Assembly (NCBI GenBank): GCA_044892525.1
Contig: CM097885.1
Location: forward strand, 37,078,001-37,142,000
Length of the DNA stretch: 64,000 nt
Direction: 5' to 3'
DNA from: Schmidtea polychroa
Lineage: Eukaryota
The notes under the pieces were generated by a model. It worked only from the letters and a program-made list of their open reading frames with translations, ran no database searches and was not told where the DNA came from. Made by a program: the position numbers and the translations under genes. This document shows, one piece after another, positions 1 to 12,023 of the stretch; the stretch's first letter is position 1, and every line of letters starts with the position of its first letter.

Positions 1-4
1 AATG

Positions 5-343
5 TCAATTGTGATTTAAGTTTTGGTTATATTTATCACGTATATTTATTTCTAAATTGTTAACACATGAGGTTGAAACAGGTAAATACATGGGATTTTC
101 TATAGTGATTTGTACAACTGCATATGGTCCACATTTTTCAACACATATTGATTTCAACCAAGTAACACTGGAATCACCAACAATTATGGGCTCAATAATA
201 TTACTGCAAATGAACATTTGCCGGTGAAGTTTAATCATTTTTAGTTTTGCTAAACCCTCAAACTTTACTATTTTTGAAAAATTGTTTCTCTTGATAATCC
301 CAATCTTTTTATCAAATTTGACATTACTGATATCAGGTTTCAA
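5..343 (-). pseudogene. Polinton/adintovirus minor capsid (penton-like) protein, C-terminal remnant
   Basis: NIIEPIIVGDS...NPMYLPVSTSCVNNLEINIRD matches the recalled Polinton penton C-terminal pattern (DIVEPQIVGD...PxYxPV...IEIxIRD); no intact N-terminus in frame. Confidence 0.7.
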
Positions 344-2961
344 TTCGAATTTAAAAAACTAATCTTTCTATATTCAACAAGTTCAACCCCCTAACTCCCC
401 TATTGGTGTAGAAAACCACAGGGTTTTACCCTTCTTGTAGAAAATAACAGTTTTTTTTTGAAAATCACATTGAGGTGATATTTTAGGTATAGATTTAAAA
501 ATATTTTTAAATAAGTAATATTTCAAAAAAGATTAATAAAAATAAATTAAAAACGATTGTATAAAAATTTTTTAAGAGAATTTTAAAAGCAATGAAATTA
601 TTTATGAAATAATTTTCAAATATAATTTTACATACAAATTTGAATGAAATTATACAAATGATAAATTCGTTCAAAATTATTTATTATATTATATTAATTT
701 TGAGATCAAAAAAAAGAATAAACCCAAGAAAAAGAACAAAGTAAGTTTTTATTTTAATTAGATAATTAAATTTTTAATTTTAATTTAGAAAGAACATCAT
801 AAATTTAAAAAAAGAAGTTTCGCGTTCATGTTAAACTATTATGGCTGAGCTTGGGCTTGCACAGTGCTTGCCTAAAAATAATTACTAATTTTAGAAATAA
901 TTACTAAGTTTAAAAAATAATATATAAAATAAATATATATTACTATAAATAGTATTTTAGTTCAAATAATAAGTATAATTAACATTTAAAATTATCAAAA
1001 ATAAATATTTAACTTAAAAAATTGTATATAAATAATCTTGAGTTTGTTAATTGAACAGAGGTTAAATTTAGTAAAGTTTAGTAAAACAATAATTAGAAAA
1101 TATTTTAACTTTGTAGTCCAAATTTTGTAAAGATCATATTTCGAATTCCTTAACAGCTATTGAGAAATTGAATACTCTTACAAAATTTCACATTGAGACA
1201 CACTACTATAAATTGAAATAACTTTATTTGTGGAGAGAGAAAAATCAACGATATGGGCAATATGTTTGGAGCGAATTTTTTTAAAGATTTTATTACATGG
1301 TAAATAGCGATATACGTTAATTTATACCTTTTAAATTTAAAATACAAATCAAGACATTAAAATATGGTAAACTTCGTCCAAATTTCATTATTATTACAAT
1401 TATTTAAGTGGATATATTGTTTATAATTTAATCCATTTCTTAATTTCTTTCTTACTTTTCTATACAATAGGTTTCTTACTACGTTTCGTACTATGTTTTT
1501 CTACTACGTTTGGATTTCTTATTATCTTTTTTAAAAACATTTGGAACAATTGAGTTTTTAATAATTACGTTTTTAAATGCCTTTAGTTTAATTACTTATT
1601 TCAATTTTATTTATAAATTGTAACACCATTTACTTTACAGAAACTGTTTTGAGTAAATCTAAGTTCTTCATATTCACCTCTATGCCAATAAAGTGTAATG
1701 AATTTTGATTTAACAGATCCACTGCGCACCCCGTAGCATATACGGCGATAGATATTCTCTAACCACGCTTTCGCCACACACCCTATGACGGGTGTTCGGA
1801 ACAATGATTTGACTGTTAAACTTTGTAACTTCGCTTCAAATGTTTATAAAACAATTCAGCGTGTCTTGACAAGTTTAAGACACACTTGGAAACAACGGGA
1901 ATGGAAATCCACCAGAAGTGACAATACAGAAATTAGAAAGAGGCGAAGTTATGAGCCAATAATCTGACAAAGGAATTTGTCTAACGAAATGGAGGGATCG
2001 TCGAGATGTTTTATCCATTTCGTCATAATTCAGTGGTGATTTGACAGAAACGATAAACAGGAATGGAACAATGCTCATGAAACTAAAAATGATTAGAGTA
2101 TAATAAGAATATGAGAGGCATTGACTACCATGATCAGATGGCAGCCTATGAACTATATCAAAGGAAAACAATTCGTTGGTATTTGAAGCTCATATCTTTC
2201 AAACAATGCTTATCAATTCATTCTATTTATACAATATGAAAAACGAGAAAATGAGTTTACTTGATTTTCAAATATTCGTAATCGAAAAATTAGTTGGCCT
2301 TCCACTACCATCACCTGTTCATCGGTGAAAGGAAGTACATCTCCCGTCGTTTTGTGAGAAAAATGAAAGCGGTAGAGTAATGGTGTGAAAGTGAGGACAC
2401 TGCCGAATAGTAAAATCATTGAGAAAAGACACTAAGTTATATTGTAAGGATTACCCTGATATGCCTGGATTATGTTTTTAGCAATGTTTTAGGTTATCCC
2501 ACAATTATAAGAAAAAAATGAGGAGAAAGGTAAGAATTTATAAAAAAATTACAATTATGGTAATATAAATTCTAGTTATAGACTAGAGCGTCCGATTTTA
2601 CGATTTTTTAATGCTCATTGATTTCTCTCTCCTGAAATGCAGATTATGGCTAAGTACTTAATTAGTGTCATATTATTACAGATATAGATCCAATTGCTAT
2701 TGAAAATAATAATCGCGGTTTTTATTCCACTTTTTCAAAGTTTTTGATTGTTTAAAATCGCTTCATTTTTAGGCTGGCGTGAGTGTCTGCAGAATTCTAT
2801 GAGCAGTGAATGTATTAAGCATATTTGATTGCAATAAATAACAATAAAAGAATAAAGTTTTCCCACTACCATTTGGTCCTACAATTTGATATACTGCATC
2901 TTTTCTTAATTCCATTTTAATTAAATTATTTTATTTTTTTATAATTAGAATCATATTAAAA

Positions 2962-3428
2962 ATGAAAAGAAACATCAATAACAGAGGATGTTTAGTGGAT
3001 GGAATTAAGTTCTAAACAGGAAAACCCAAACATGTTGTGGACAGAAGCGGAAAAAAGCTATCTTATTCTTTAAGAGCCGGAAATTTAGGAAAATTGATGT
3101 AAAAAACCACTCCAAGGTGATCTCAAGTATCAGATTCAAAACTTACAATATCAAATCAATTACAATAACCTTAGATATTGGTACTTCTATTGATTTGAAT
3201 GTCTTGTCTATGAAAGCCAATTGCTACTATGAACCAGAATTATTTCCAGCTTTGCGACTTGCAAGTACAACCATATATGTGCCAATGTTTACAAGTGACA
3301 AAGTAGTAATTTTAGGAATTAAAAATATAAATTATTACAATCAAGTTCAAGAAATTCATAATTTTATAAAATTTATGATTTTAAGACTAACAACCGACGA
3401 AGAAAATCTAAAATTTTTATTAACTTAA
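2962..3428 (+). pseudogene. TATA-binding-protein (TBP)-like gene, decayed, in a Polinton-like context
   Basis: Second repeat YYEPELFPALRL...MFTSDKVVILG resembles TBP YEPELFPGLIYR...IFxSGKVVLTG; upstream ILFFKSRKFR (other frame) resembles the first repeat; ATG at 2962, one stop and frameshifts. Confidence 0.7.
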
Positions 3429-3830
3429 TTGTGTAATTAACAAAAGTAAAAAGCATGTTTTCCAAACGATACTATTGGAGATCGAAGACCTATTCCTAAT
3501 ATGAACAACAGGCTTTCATATTGTGCTCAAGAACTGCTGGCTACAGGTTAAATCAATTAAGTGAATCAACATAGAGGAAATTGTTCGTATTCATTACGAA
3601 ACTGTATAAGGATCTAGATTGAAATGTAAAGAAGATTGTGTGGTTTGTGCAAATCCATTAAAGTTAGCTTGCCCTTTTATATGTAGATACTGCCAAGAAT
3701 ATAAGAAGAAATAATACATATTCTACTAGCTGAATTAAGAACTTATTATAAGCAAATATGTGATGAAGAATAAACTTTTTATCTTTATTTTGTCTTTAAT
3801 TGTTATTATTTTTATGTGTTTATTGACACC

Positions 3831-4361
3831 TAGTTTTTTAGTACTTGGTTCTAAATACATATTTGTTGGTACCTAGTTATTATTAAAGTACCCATGCTAC
3901 TTGACATAGTATTGTTTATCCTTACCTATCTTTTTAGCTTTCAATATTTTTTGAATTCTAAATACTTTTGCTTATAAAATTTACCACAAACTTCATTATT
4001 TATCATAGTAAATTATTATAAATTAAAATTATTAATTGCATTAGACATTTCATCTGCCGATTTTGTCTTGGAATTGTGCAGGCAAAGCTACTAAAAACAT
4101 CAATGTGTTAAAATATATTTATAGCCCTTGTTAATTTTTAAACACGGTATCATCTCCATCAAATCCATTTGCCATAAATCGTCAATATTGAATGTTTTAT
4201 AAGTTCTTGGAAATCTTTTCCGCATTGGTTTGTCCAAACTGTACGTAAGTGATTCTGATAGCCCCTTCTGGGTTTATGTTTTCGAATTCGGAACTCTTCT
4301 TTAACTTAGCTACTTTACCGAAACCTGCTTCGTCTTCGGGGTTTATTCAAATTTTCTCCAT
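3831..4361 (-). pseudogene. Polinton retroviral-like integrase with chromodomain, internally deleted remnant
   Basis: Manual translation: NPEDEAGFG, YSLDKPMRKRFPR, IDDLWQMDLMEM, KGYKYILT, IDVFS, GKFY, FRIQKILK...KQYYVK*HGY; multiple frameshifts. Confidence 0.8.
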
Positions 4362-4425
4362 TACAACATAATTTTAATTTAACACAACAAATAAAACATA
4401 CAATATACAAAAAAAAATTATTTAA

Positions 4426-4711
4426 CCACTTGCGCTATGATTTAATTTTCGGTAGCTGAGCCGCGCTCTACTATATAAAGTATCGTAAGGCATCGACGCC
4501 TCACCGCGTCAGCGAGCTCAGAGGTTTGACAGGTGCTTAGCGCGAGGGTAGGGTCTTACATAAAAGATTTACACGAATATAAATAATTATTCACAACAAC
4601 AACGTTGCAAACACGTCGTTTTTGTTTTTGCGACAAATACTACCGACGTGGTATACACGTCACTTGCAGTTCTGAAAAAAAATCATCAAGACGTCAATAT
4701 AGCGCAAGTGG
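4426..4711. mobile_element. piggyBac-type non-autonomous element (MITE), 286 bp
   Basis: Perfect 13-bp TIRs CCACTTGCGCTAT / ATAGCGCAAGTGG flanked by TTAA at 4422-4425 and 4712-4715. Confidence 0.85.
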
Positions 4712-4720
4712 TTAAAACAT

Positions 4721-5900
4721 TTAAAATACAAGTATTCGTGAACAGCCCTTATTGTGTTCACTAATATGGGTCAAAGCCTTCGGTCTATAATGTTTTCGAG
4801 CTTGAATACAGAGATGATGGGAAGTCTCTCCAATGTATGTGGCATTAGACCCATTACATATAAACTGATAAACGGGATCAAAACACAATTCAACCGGAGT
4901 TTTTGACTTATTAATAAACATATTGAGTACTTTCCATTAAGTTGACATTATCTTATAGTTTAAATTCCTTAACTGCTTTTTTATTTTCCCTTTAATATCC
5001 TTAAAACCTTCTGAGTACAGCAATACTAACACAAATTTAGGCTCATCATCCTTGCTCACACTATTTAATTTATTTAACTCATCAGACTCACACACTTCAA
5101 CAAAATCACACCCAGATTTTAACTCATCAGACTCACACCTGAACAACATGGATCCTTAGGATTTTTAATAAATTTGTCAACAGTCTCTTTTACCATAATT
5201 AATAAAAAGGATTTTGAATAACCGTTCTTCATTAACAATTCAACCAATTTGTCAACATTTTTTAATGAATTTTCAAAAGTAGAAGACAAAGACCATGAAC
5301 GATAAATCAACCTCTTCACCATATTTCTGTTATACTTGAATTCACCAAAACTTTCGGATGAAGTATAGAGACCAATATCAGTTGGTTTTCTCTGTCTCAT
5401 AGTGTTTTTCTTTGCGTTGTATCAACAGATCCAAGAAAGCAAGCGATGATTTTTTCTCCGTTTCACATGTGAATACAATGTTTTTATGTAGAGTATTCAT
5501 ATAATGCAAAAACGAATCAACATGCCTCTGATTTTCAAATAGAAGAAAAATATCAACTACATACCGTTTATAAACAGTGGGTTTCATACATTGGAAAGCT
5601 GTAATTTTCTTTTCTAAGCTTGCTAAAGAAATGAAGCCATCGTTGGTACTAAAGGAGAACCCTTAGCCACTCCATCTATTTGTTGATACCATTCATTATT
5701 AAAAAAAGAAAATTGATTTTTGAAGTAGCACATACAAATTCACGAGATTCTCTCCCGTCCAGAATATGATGTTCAGAAATGTTTTCATTCCATAACAAGC
5801 AACACAATTCAATTGTTTCAACCAATGGTACTAATGTACACATAATAATCACATGACGAATGCAGCATAGATTCGATTTAAACAAATATATACTCAAATT
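4721..5900 (-). mobile_element. Penelope-like retroelement remnant (RT C-terminal half plus GIY-YIG endonuclease)
   Basis: QQIDGVAKGSPL, YKRYVVDIF (YVDD-like), LAFLDLLI, RKPTDIGLY, VYQFICNGSNATYIGETS; frameshifted. Confidence 0.85.
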
Positions 5901-5949
5901 TGATTAAATAATCATCCTTTTTCGAAGGTATTAAATTTTCTTCATAATT

Positions 5950-8094
5950 AATTATGCAAAGAAAAATTCGAGCTCCAAAAAACTAAAAGTTGTTGAAGAA
6001 CTCGTGCAGCCAGTTTAAATGTTCAAAAACTGTAAAATTTATTTTCTAAAAGAAATCAATATGAAATTGGTTACTCCAGTCAAACTTCCAATTGCGGGGA
6101 CACTCAATGATATATATCAAATCTATTGAAGTTTTCAACAAGAAGAATTCAGATCTAAACTGCAATCAAAATACACTTCAATAACGGAAATGCAAGATAT
6201 AACGATAACTTAATAGAAATAAGCTTAAAAGGACCGGAAAATTGTTATCTTCGATTAACAAAATAAATTTTGTTTTATATGCGTCTATGCAGCTGATCAT
6301 ATCGCTTACTGTTTTATTTTTACCTTTTAATTCTAAATTTAAATGACCTAATATTGAAGTAAAATCGGTAATAAATGGCAAGTCACCCAGCCAAGTTTCA
6401 TCTTTTAAATTTTCACAGTTTTCATCTTGTTGATGAAGAAAGCCTATAATTTCGGGCAATAAATCACGAAATCGCTGCAGAAATTTACCTCTGCTCAGCC
6501 ATCTGATATCGGTATGTAGTAATAATTCAGGTTGGCCTTTCAAATCATGGATCAAGTTTTTAGAGGCTTTGAATATGTCGACACCTCTAGTCCTTTCCTT
6601 CAAAGAAATCATACCCAACAATTCTTCTTTAGATGTAAAATCCTTAAAAACTATACGAACGAAAACAAGTAATTGTGCTGTGTCACTTATATCTCTCGAT
6701 TCATATCACTGAATGGAAAAACAAGAACATATATTAATATCATTAATTAACTGGTCTTTTACACTCCCACTTATCATTTTAATTCTTCGCACCACTGAGT
6801 TTCGAGACAATTGTAGATCTTGAATTGCAGCAACAATTTCACTCTTGTTCTTAAAATCGTTAAAAAGTGAATCCGACATTTTCAAAAATAATTCCTTTAC
6901 AAATTCACCGTCGGAAAATGGCTTGCATTTTTTTGCTAAGAGATAGCTTACATTGAATGATGCAGTAGTTACTGCTTGTGACCTTAACCTTGTCTCTTTA
7001 AAAACGCTTTGTTGGCTTGCTAATCGAGTTTTAAGATCCTTAACTTGATGTTTTCTCAGTTCATAATTTGGTGGATAATTAGTTTGATACTTGTTATGTA
7101 AAACCAAAAAGATGTCTCTCCAGATTACCCTTCTTAGCAATTGCTACCGAGGTAAGCATTTATCATTCACTATTGTAAAAAAGTAATCGAGCTCCCACTC
7201 TTCATTGAAGTGATAAGTTGTAGGTTTCTTCGGTTTACTACTAATATTCATGGGTATACTAGAATGCAAAGAAATATGACAATTTAAAGAATAAATATTG
7301 AATTAAATATTTTCATAGAAAATTCAAAAATTCATGAACCGCGGCAATTATCTCCATTACATTGAAAGAAATAATAACAATCCTGCATACTACAATCGGG
7401 GACAACAATACAAGTATATTAAAATCTAATTTAGATATATTCGAATTTACAAGTGTATTAAAGTTACAATTTATTTATAACGGTTTAGAATAATGACCTC
7501 TTACTTTAGCTAAAACTACTGATATTCCTAATATATTTGTAATGCTATCCCTTATTTTTCTGCCAGTGCATGACCGCAGTTTAGAGATCTGTTGCAGAGA
7601 ATGTACACTTATCAAGCAAATTAATAGGTAAGAAAAGCAATTTAATTTAAAACAAAGAAAATAACATCCATTTTATACAAAAGAAAAATTTAAATACAAC
7701 GTGGTCACCAAGGATAAACAATATTGCTTAATAATGACACAGTAATACAAAAGAAATGAAGCTACTTATGGCCACCAAATATTCAAGTTAACTGAATGTG
7801 TTATTCGGCGAGTCGAGTTGTAACTGTTGCGTTCGCACGTTGTGTTCGGTGACAATGTAACAAATAAGTCAAAATGTATTGTGCTGGGCGAGCGAATATA
7901 ACAGTGTCTGGTTGTAAGAATTCTAGGTATTCATGAACTTGGTAAGTTCACAGAATACATTCAATTATTAGCACAAAGCTTTGTCTTCTAAAATCCCTTC
8001 AAAGTCACGGTAGGAAACGGAATTTTTGCAGACATTGGATGAGATCAGCGATCGACCAAAATTGGCCTCACGATCGACTTGTTGGCCACCCCTG
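5950..8094 (-). mobile_element. hAT transposon (Buster/SPIN/GTF2IRD2-like), decayed and 3'-truncated
   Basis: 5' terminus CAGGGGTGGCCAACAAGTCGATCG at 8094 followed by CTATATAG (nnnTAnnn target); YHFNEEWE, KPFSDGEFVKE, LSRNSVVRR, LLLHTDIRWLSRGKFLQRF; left boundary approximate. Confidence 0.85.
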
Positions 8095-8749
8095 CTATAT
8101 AGAATGTGTGTATACTATTTAAACTAAATATTGTGTGACCGCCACCATTTGAACTCTACACAAAAATACAAAATCAAAAAAAATTTCGCGTGAAATTTCT
8201 ACTTGTTGCTAAAACAAATCTACCAAATAAAACCAACAAACTGATAAACAATATTATAACTCAGGGCGACTCAGGTATCTTAACTAAGCGCGTAAGTACA
8301 TCGCCAAAAGATAATGAAAGGTTTATATTATTTTTAATATTAATAAACAGCGATTTGTTATTGATAATTGTAGTGAATTACAGTGAACATAGTAAGAATG
8401 TTGGCTATATATGGGCTGTTGCGTGAGGATGCAGCATCAGTTTATGAATAGTTGCAGGTCACCCATTTCAGGTGCCAAGGACCCGACAAGGTCTTGAAGG
8501 AACCTTGATCATGGACACGATTCAAGATCGAATCATAGAACCAGGTGTTTCACGTCGATGCCCCGAGATTTTCGGAATGACCACATTCGAAAGAGTTAAT
8601 GGTGGGTGTAGAACACCTAGAGGTATTGCTAAAGTACAGAATATAGAGGAATAATGGTAAATGATATGCCATGGAATTTATGAATATCATTTTGTGTTAT
8701 AGCATTTGATGTTGACTTAAACAAATTTCAATTTATTTGTTTTGAAAAT

Positions 8750-10087
8750 AATGTTGAGTTTATATAAACACGTGAATAGTTTGTTTTAGTCACAGAAATA
8801 TTACACCATCTATAGCCGGAGATATTGTTGAAATTGATGGTACTCCGAGGAGGGGTGAATATAAAACAGTAAATGCAGAAACACGGCTGAGAATTTTAAG
8901 GCAATATCAGAATGGAAATGATGCGAATTTTATATCTATAAGTCCATATGAGTCCATTCCCATTTCAACTATAAGAAATATTTTATAGGTCTTCAAAAAC
9001 ACGGGAAGAATGGTCCCATTGCCAAAGGGTGGAGCAAAAAATGTAAAATTGGGCGAAGAGCAGAAACAATACATAAGAAATCTAGTGGATGAAGATTGTA
9101 CGATATATTTGCGCAAACTCAAACACAAAGTCGCAGAACAATTTAGCATAACGGTGTCGGAATCAACTATTTTCTATTGTTTGAAAAAATTGCACTATTC
9201 AATGAAAAGGATTTCGCTTATTCCCACCCGACGCAATGACGAACAATCGATTGTTGCGAGAAGGCTGTATGCATCAAAATTTATGGAAATCGAGGAAACT
9301 TATAATGGAAGAGATATTTATTACTTGGATGAAGTTGGTTTCAATGTGTCACTACGATGCAAACGTGGTAGGTCTACAGTAGGAAATCCGGCGGTATAAA
9401 CTGTGCCCAATATTAGGTCTAAAAATCTTTCTGTTTGCTGTGTGATGACAAGAAATGGCGTTAAATTTTGGAAAGTAAATCATAATCCGTACAACACTGA
9501 ATCATTTATTGGATACATCGACGATTTTGTTGATTTTATTCTCGAAGAAAATATTAGAAATTCAATATTAATAATGGACAACGTTGCATTTCACAAGAGT
9601 GCACGTATTAGGAATTTATGCGCTGATCGAAATATTGACATTGAATTTCTACCTCCGTACTCCCCCTTCCTCAATCCAATTGAGAATCTATTTGCCAAGT
9701 GGAAGGAATTTGTAAGAAGGAGTAATCCGATGAGTGAAAATGACTTGTTACTTGCAAAGGAAGAAGGATTGAGGACAATAACGGAAAACGATTGCGAGGG
9801 ATATTAACGAAATATGAGGAAATATATTCGGCTTTCGATTCAGGGATTAAGTATTGTTGATTAAAATGTTGACGTTTTCGATTTATGTAAAACTTTTAAA
9901 CTACCTGTAAGTATTGTTGATTAAAATGTTGACATTTTCGATTTATGTAAAACTTTTAAACTACGTGTAAATGTAATCTAAACCAAATTGATTTGACTAC
10001 AAACCAAATTGAATAGAAATTGATTTGAAAAAATATAAATAAAACCAAATTGATTTGAAAAAAAACCAAATAGACTTCAAAACCCTG
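8750..10087 (+). mobile_element. Tc1/IS630-like DD34E transposon, inactive
   Basis: YLDE / IMDN / PYSPFLNPIE with 34 residues between the second D and E; in-frame stops at 9397-9399 and 9805-9807; right end AAAACCCTG|TA at 10087; left TIR not found. Confidence 0.85.
9848..9964. repeat. 60-bp tandem duplication at the 3' end of the Tc1 ORF
   Basis: TAAGTATTGTTGATTAAAATGTTGAC...AAACTAC occurs twice with a 60-bp period. Confidence 0.9.
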
Positions 10088-10116
10088 TAAATGTATCCTT
10101 TCCTTTGTTGTTGTGA

Positions 10117-10132
10117 TTATTATTAATATTAT

Positions 10133-10199
<67 letters not shown>

Positions 10200-10228
10200 G
10201 ATATTATTAATATTATTGTTATCATTAT

Positions 10229-10269
<41 letters not shown>

Positions 10270-10335
10270 ATATTATTTTGAAAAATATTATTATTTTGAA
10301 AAAATATTATTATTTTTAATTAATTTTATTATTAT
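10117..10335. repeat. (ATT)n/(AAT)n microsatellite
   Basis: Direct reading; source of the poly-Ile ORFs. Confidence 0.95.
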
Positions 10336-10622
10336 TTAGATAAATATTATTAATTCAACATAAAGACCACCTATGCCTGGAGCATGTACAATGCAAGTTA
10401 ACAAAGGCATGACTAACAAAGGCAGTCACATGGAATTTCGGATTGATTTACATTGCATGCATGCATGTGATTGGTTGAGAGTAAAATATTCAGTGTCTAT
10501 GTGTGTGTGTCTAAATTCTCATTGGCTTGGACAGGAAAATATTCATTCTCTTTATAAACATTTACAAATCTCAAATTTGTCACAATTATTTTAAAATTTT
10601 TCAAAATCAACAACAATCCAAA

Positions 10623-11291
10623 ATGTCTAACAAATCAACCAACAACATTTTACGAGGTCTTTTGACAACTGATAAATTATTATATTTATTATTATTCTAT
10701 TTTATTTATTTTTTATTTAGATTCTTTTGACTGTTTCGAAGTAACCGAGGATGAGACGATATTGAATGTGGATCGAATTTTTGGTAAATTTATTATTTTA
10801 ATTTTTATGAAATTAATTGTTTTTTAGAACCGATTACAATTAGTGACGACGATGATGTCGTGTTTATTGGGCAAATTGATGCCCCTAATGAAAGAGAAAA
10901 TGATGCTGAAAGTAAATTTATTTTATTTTTTGTATATTATTTTTTAAAAAAATCATTTAGAGTTTAATGTGGACTTGGATAATGAATTATTTAATGGTGG
11001 AAATGTCCTCAGTTCTAATGAGGAGGTAGTAGAAAATGCCCTCACATGTATTGAGGAGGTACCAGAAAATGCCCTCAGTTCTATTGAGGAGGTACCAGAA
11101 AATGCCCTCAGTTCTAATGAGGAGGTAGCAAAAAATGCCCTCAGTTCTAATGAGGAGGTAGCAGAAAATGCCCTCAGTTCTAATGAGGAAGTAGCAGAAA
11201 ATGCCCTCAGTTTTAATGAGGAGGTACCAGAAAATGCACTCAGTTATAATGATAATGGCCTCTGAGGATGATTCCGACGAGGAATCTCAAT
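10623..11291 (+). pseudogene. Spliced acidic protein gene with SIM-like motifs and 33-bp coding repeats (exons ~10623-10671, 10721-10783, 10828-10911, 10961-11291)
   Basis: GT-AG introns 10784-10827 and 10912-10960 join exons in frame (DSFDCFEV...EPITISDDDDVVFIGQ...KFNVDLDNE); first donor is AT or a weak GT; frameshift near 11257. Confidence 0.6.
10999..11250 (+). repeat. 33-bp coding minisatellite (ENALSSNEEVA), about 7.5 copies
   Basis: GAAAATGCCCTCAGTTCTAATGAGGAGGTAGCA units read directly. Confidence 0.95.
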
Positions 11292-11339
11292 GTAAGAATT
11301 GATTTATTTATTTATATATATTTTTTAAAATTAAAAAAT

Positions 11340-11635
11340 TTTCGTAATCACTTTTTAAACATTTGCATAAAAATTTATGTAATACTCATTATGTTATTAA
11401 ATTATTAAATTATGATGATATAAAGAATATGATGAAAATGATGATATGAAGAATATGATGATATGAAGAAAATGACGAAAATTATGAAATTATGATGATG
11501 AAAATATGACGAAAATATTATGAAAATGACGAAAATTATGAAAATGACGAAAATTATGAAATTATTATTAAGAAAATACTACGCTTCTGAAAAATAATGA
11601 AATTATTATGCAAATGTTAAAAAGTGATTACGAAA
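11340..11635. repeat. ~30-bp inverted repeat enclosing degenerate ATGA/ATGACGAAAATT tandem repeats (MITE-like)
   Basis: TTTCGTAATCACTTTTTAAACATTTGCATAA vs TTATGCAAATGTTAAAAAGTGATTACGAAA (one indel); no TSD seen. Confidence 0.6.
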
Positions 11636-11687
11636 CTATAGTTATAAAATATTCCTTGCAGTTTGCAATGTGCATCTACAATAGTTA

Positions 11688-11870
<183 letters not shown>

Positions 11871-12023
11871 ATTCTACATTCTCTTTATAATAATATACCA
11901 AATTATATTAATTGTTATATAATTATTATAATTATTATATAATAAAAACGGATTAACTACTAACAATTGGTAATAAATATTTAGAAAAATATTCAAATAA
12001 TATTTAAGGATTTATCATTATTA

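Noticed and set aside
8190..8654. Short ORFs between the hAT and Tc1 elements
   Set aside because: No recognisable motifs; probably TE debris
10999..11250. 33-bp repeats (and the 35-bp repeats at 55857-55973) as a CRISPR-like array
   Set aside because: Contiguous tandem units with no unique spacers, no cas genes, eukaryotic context
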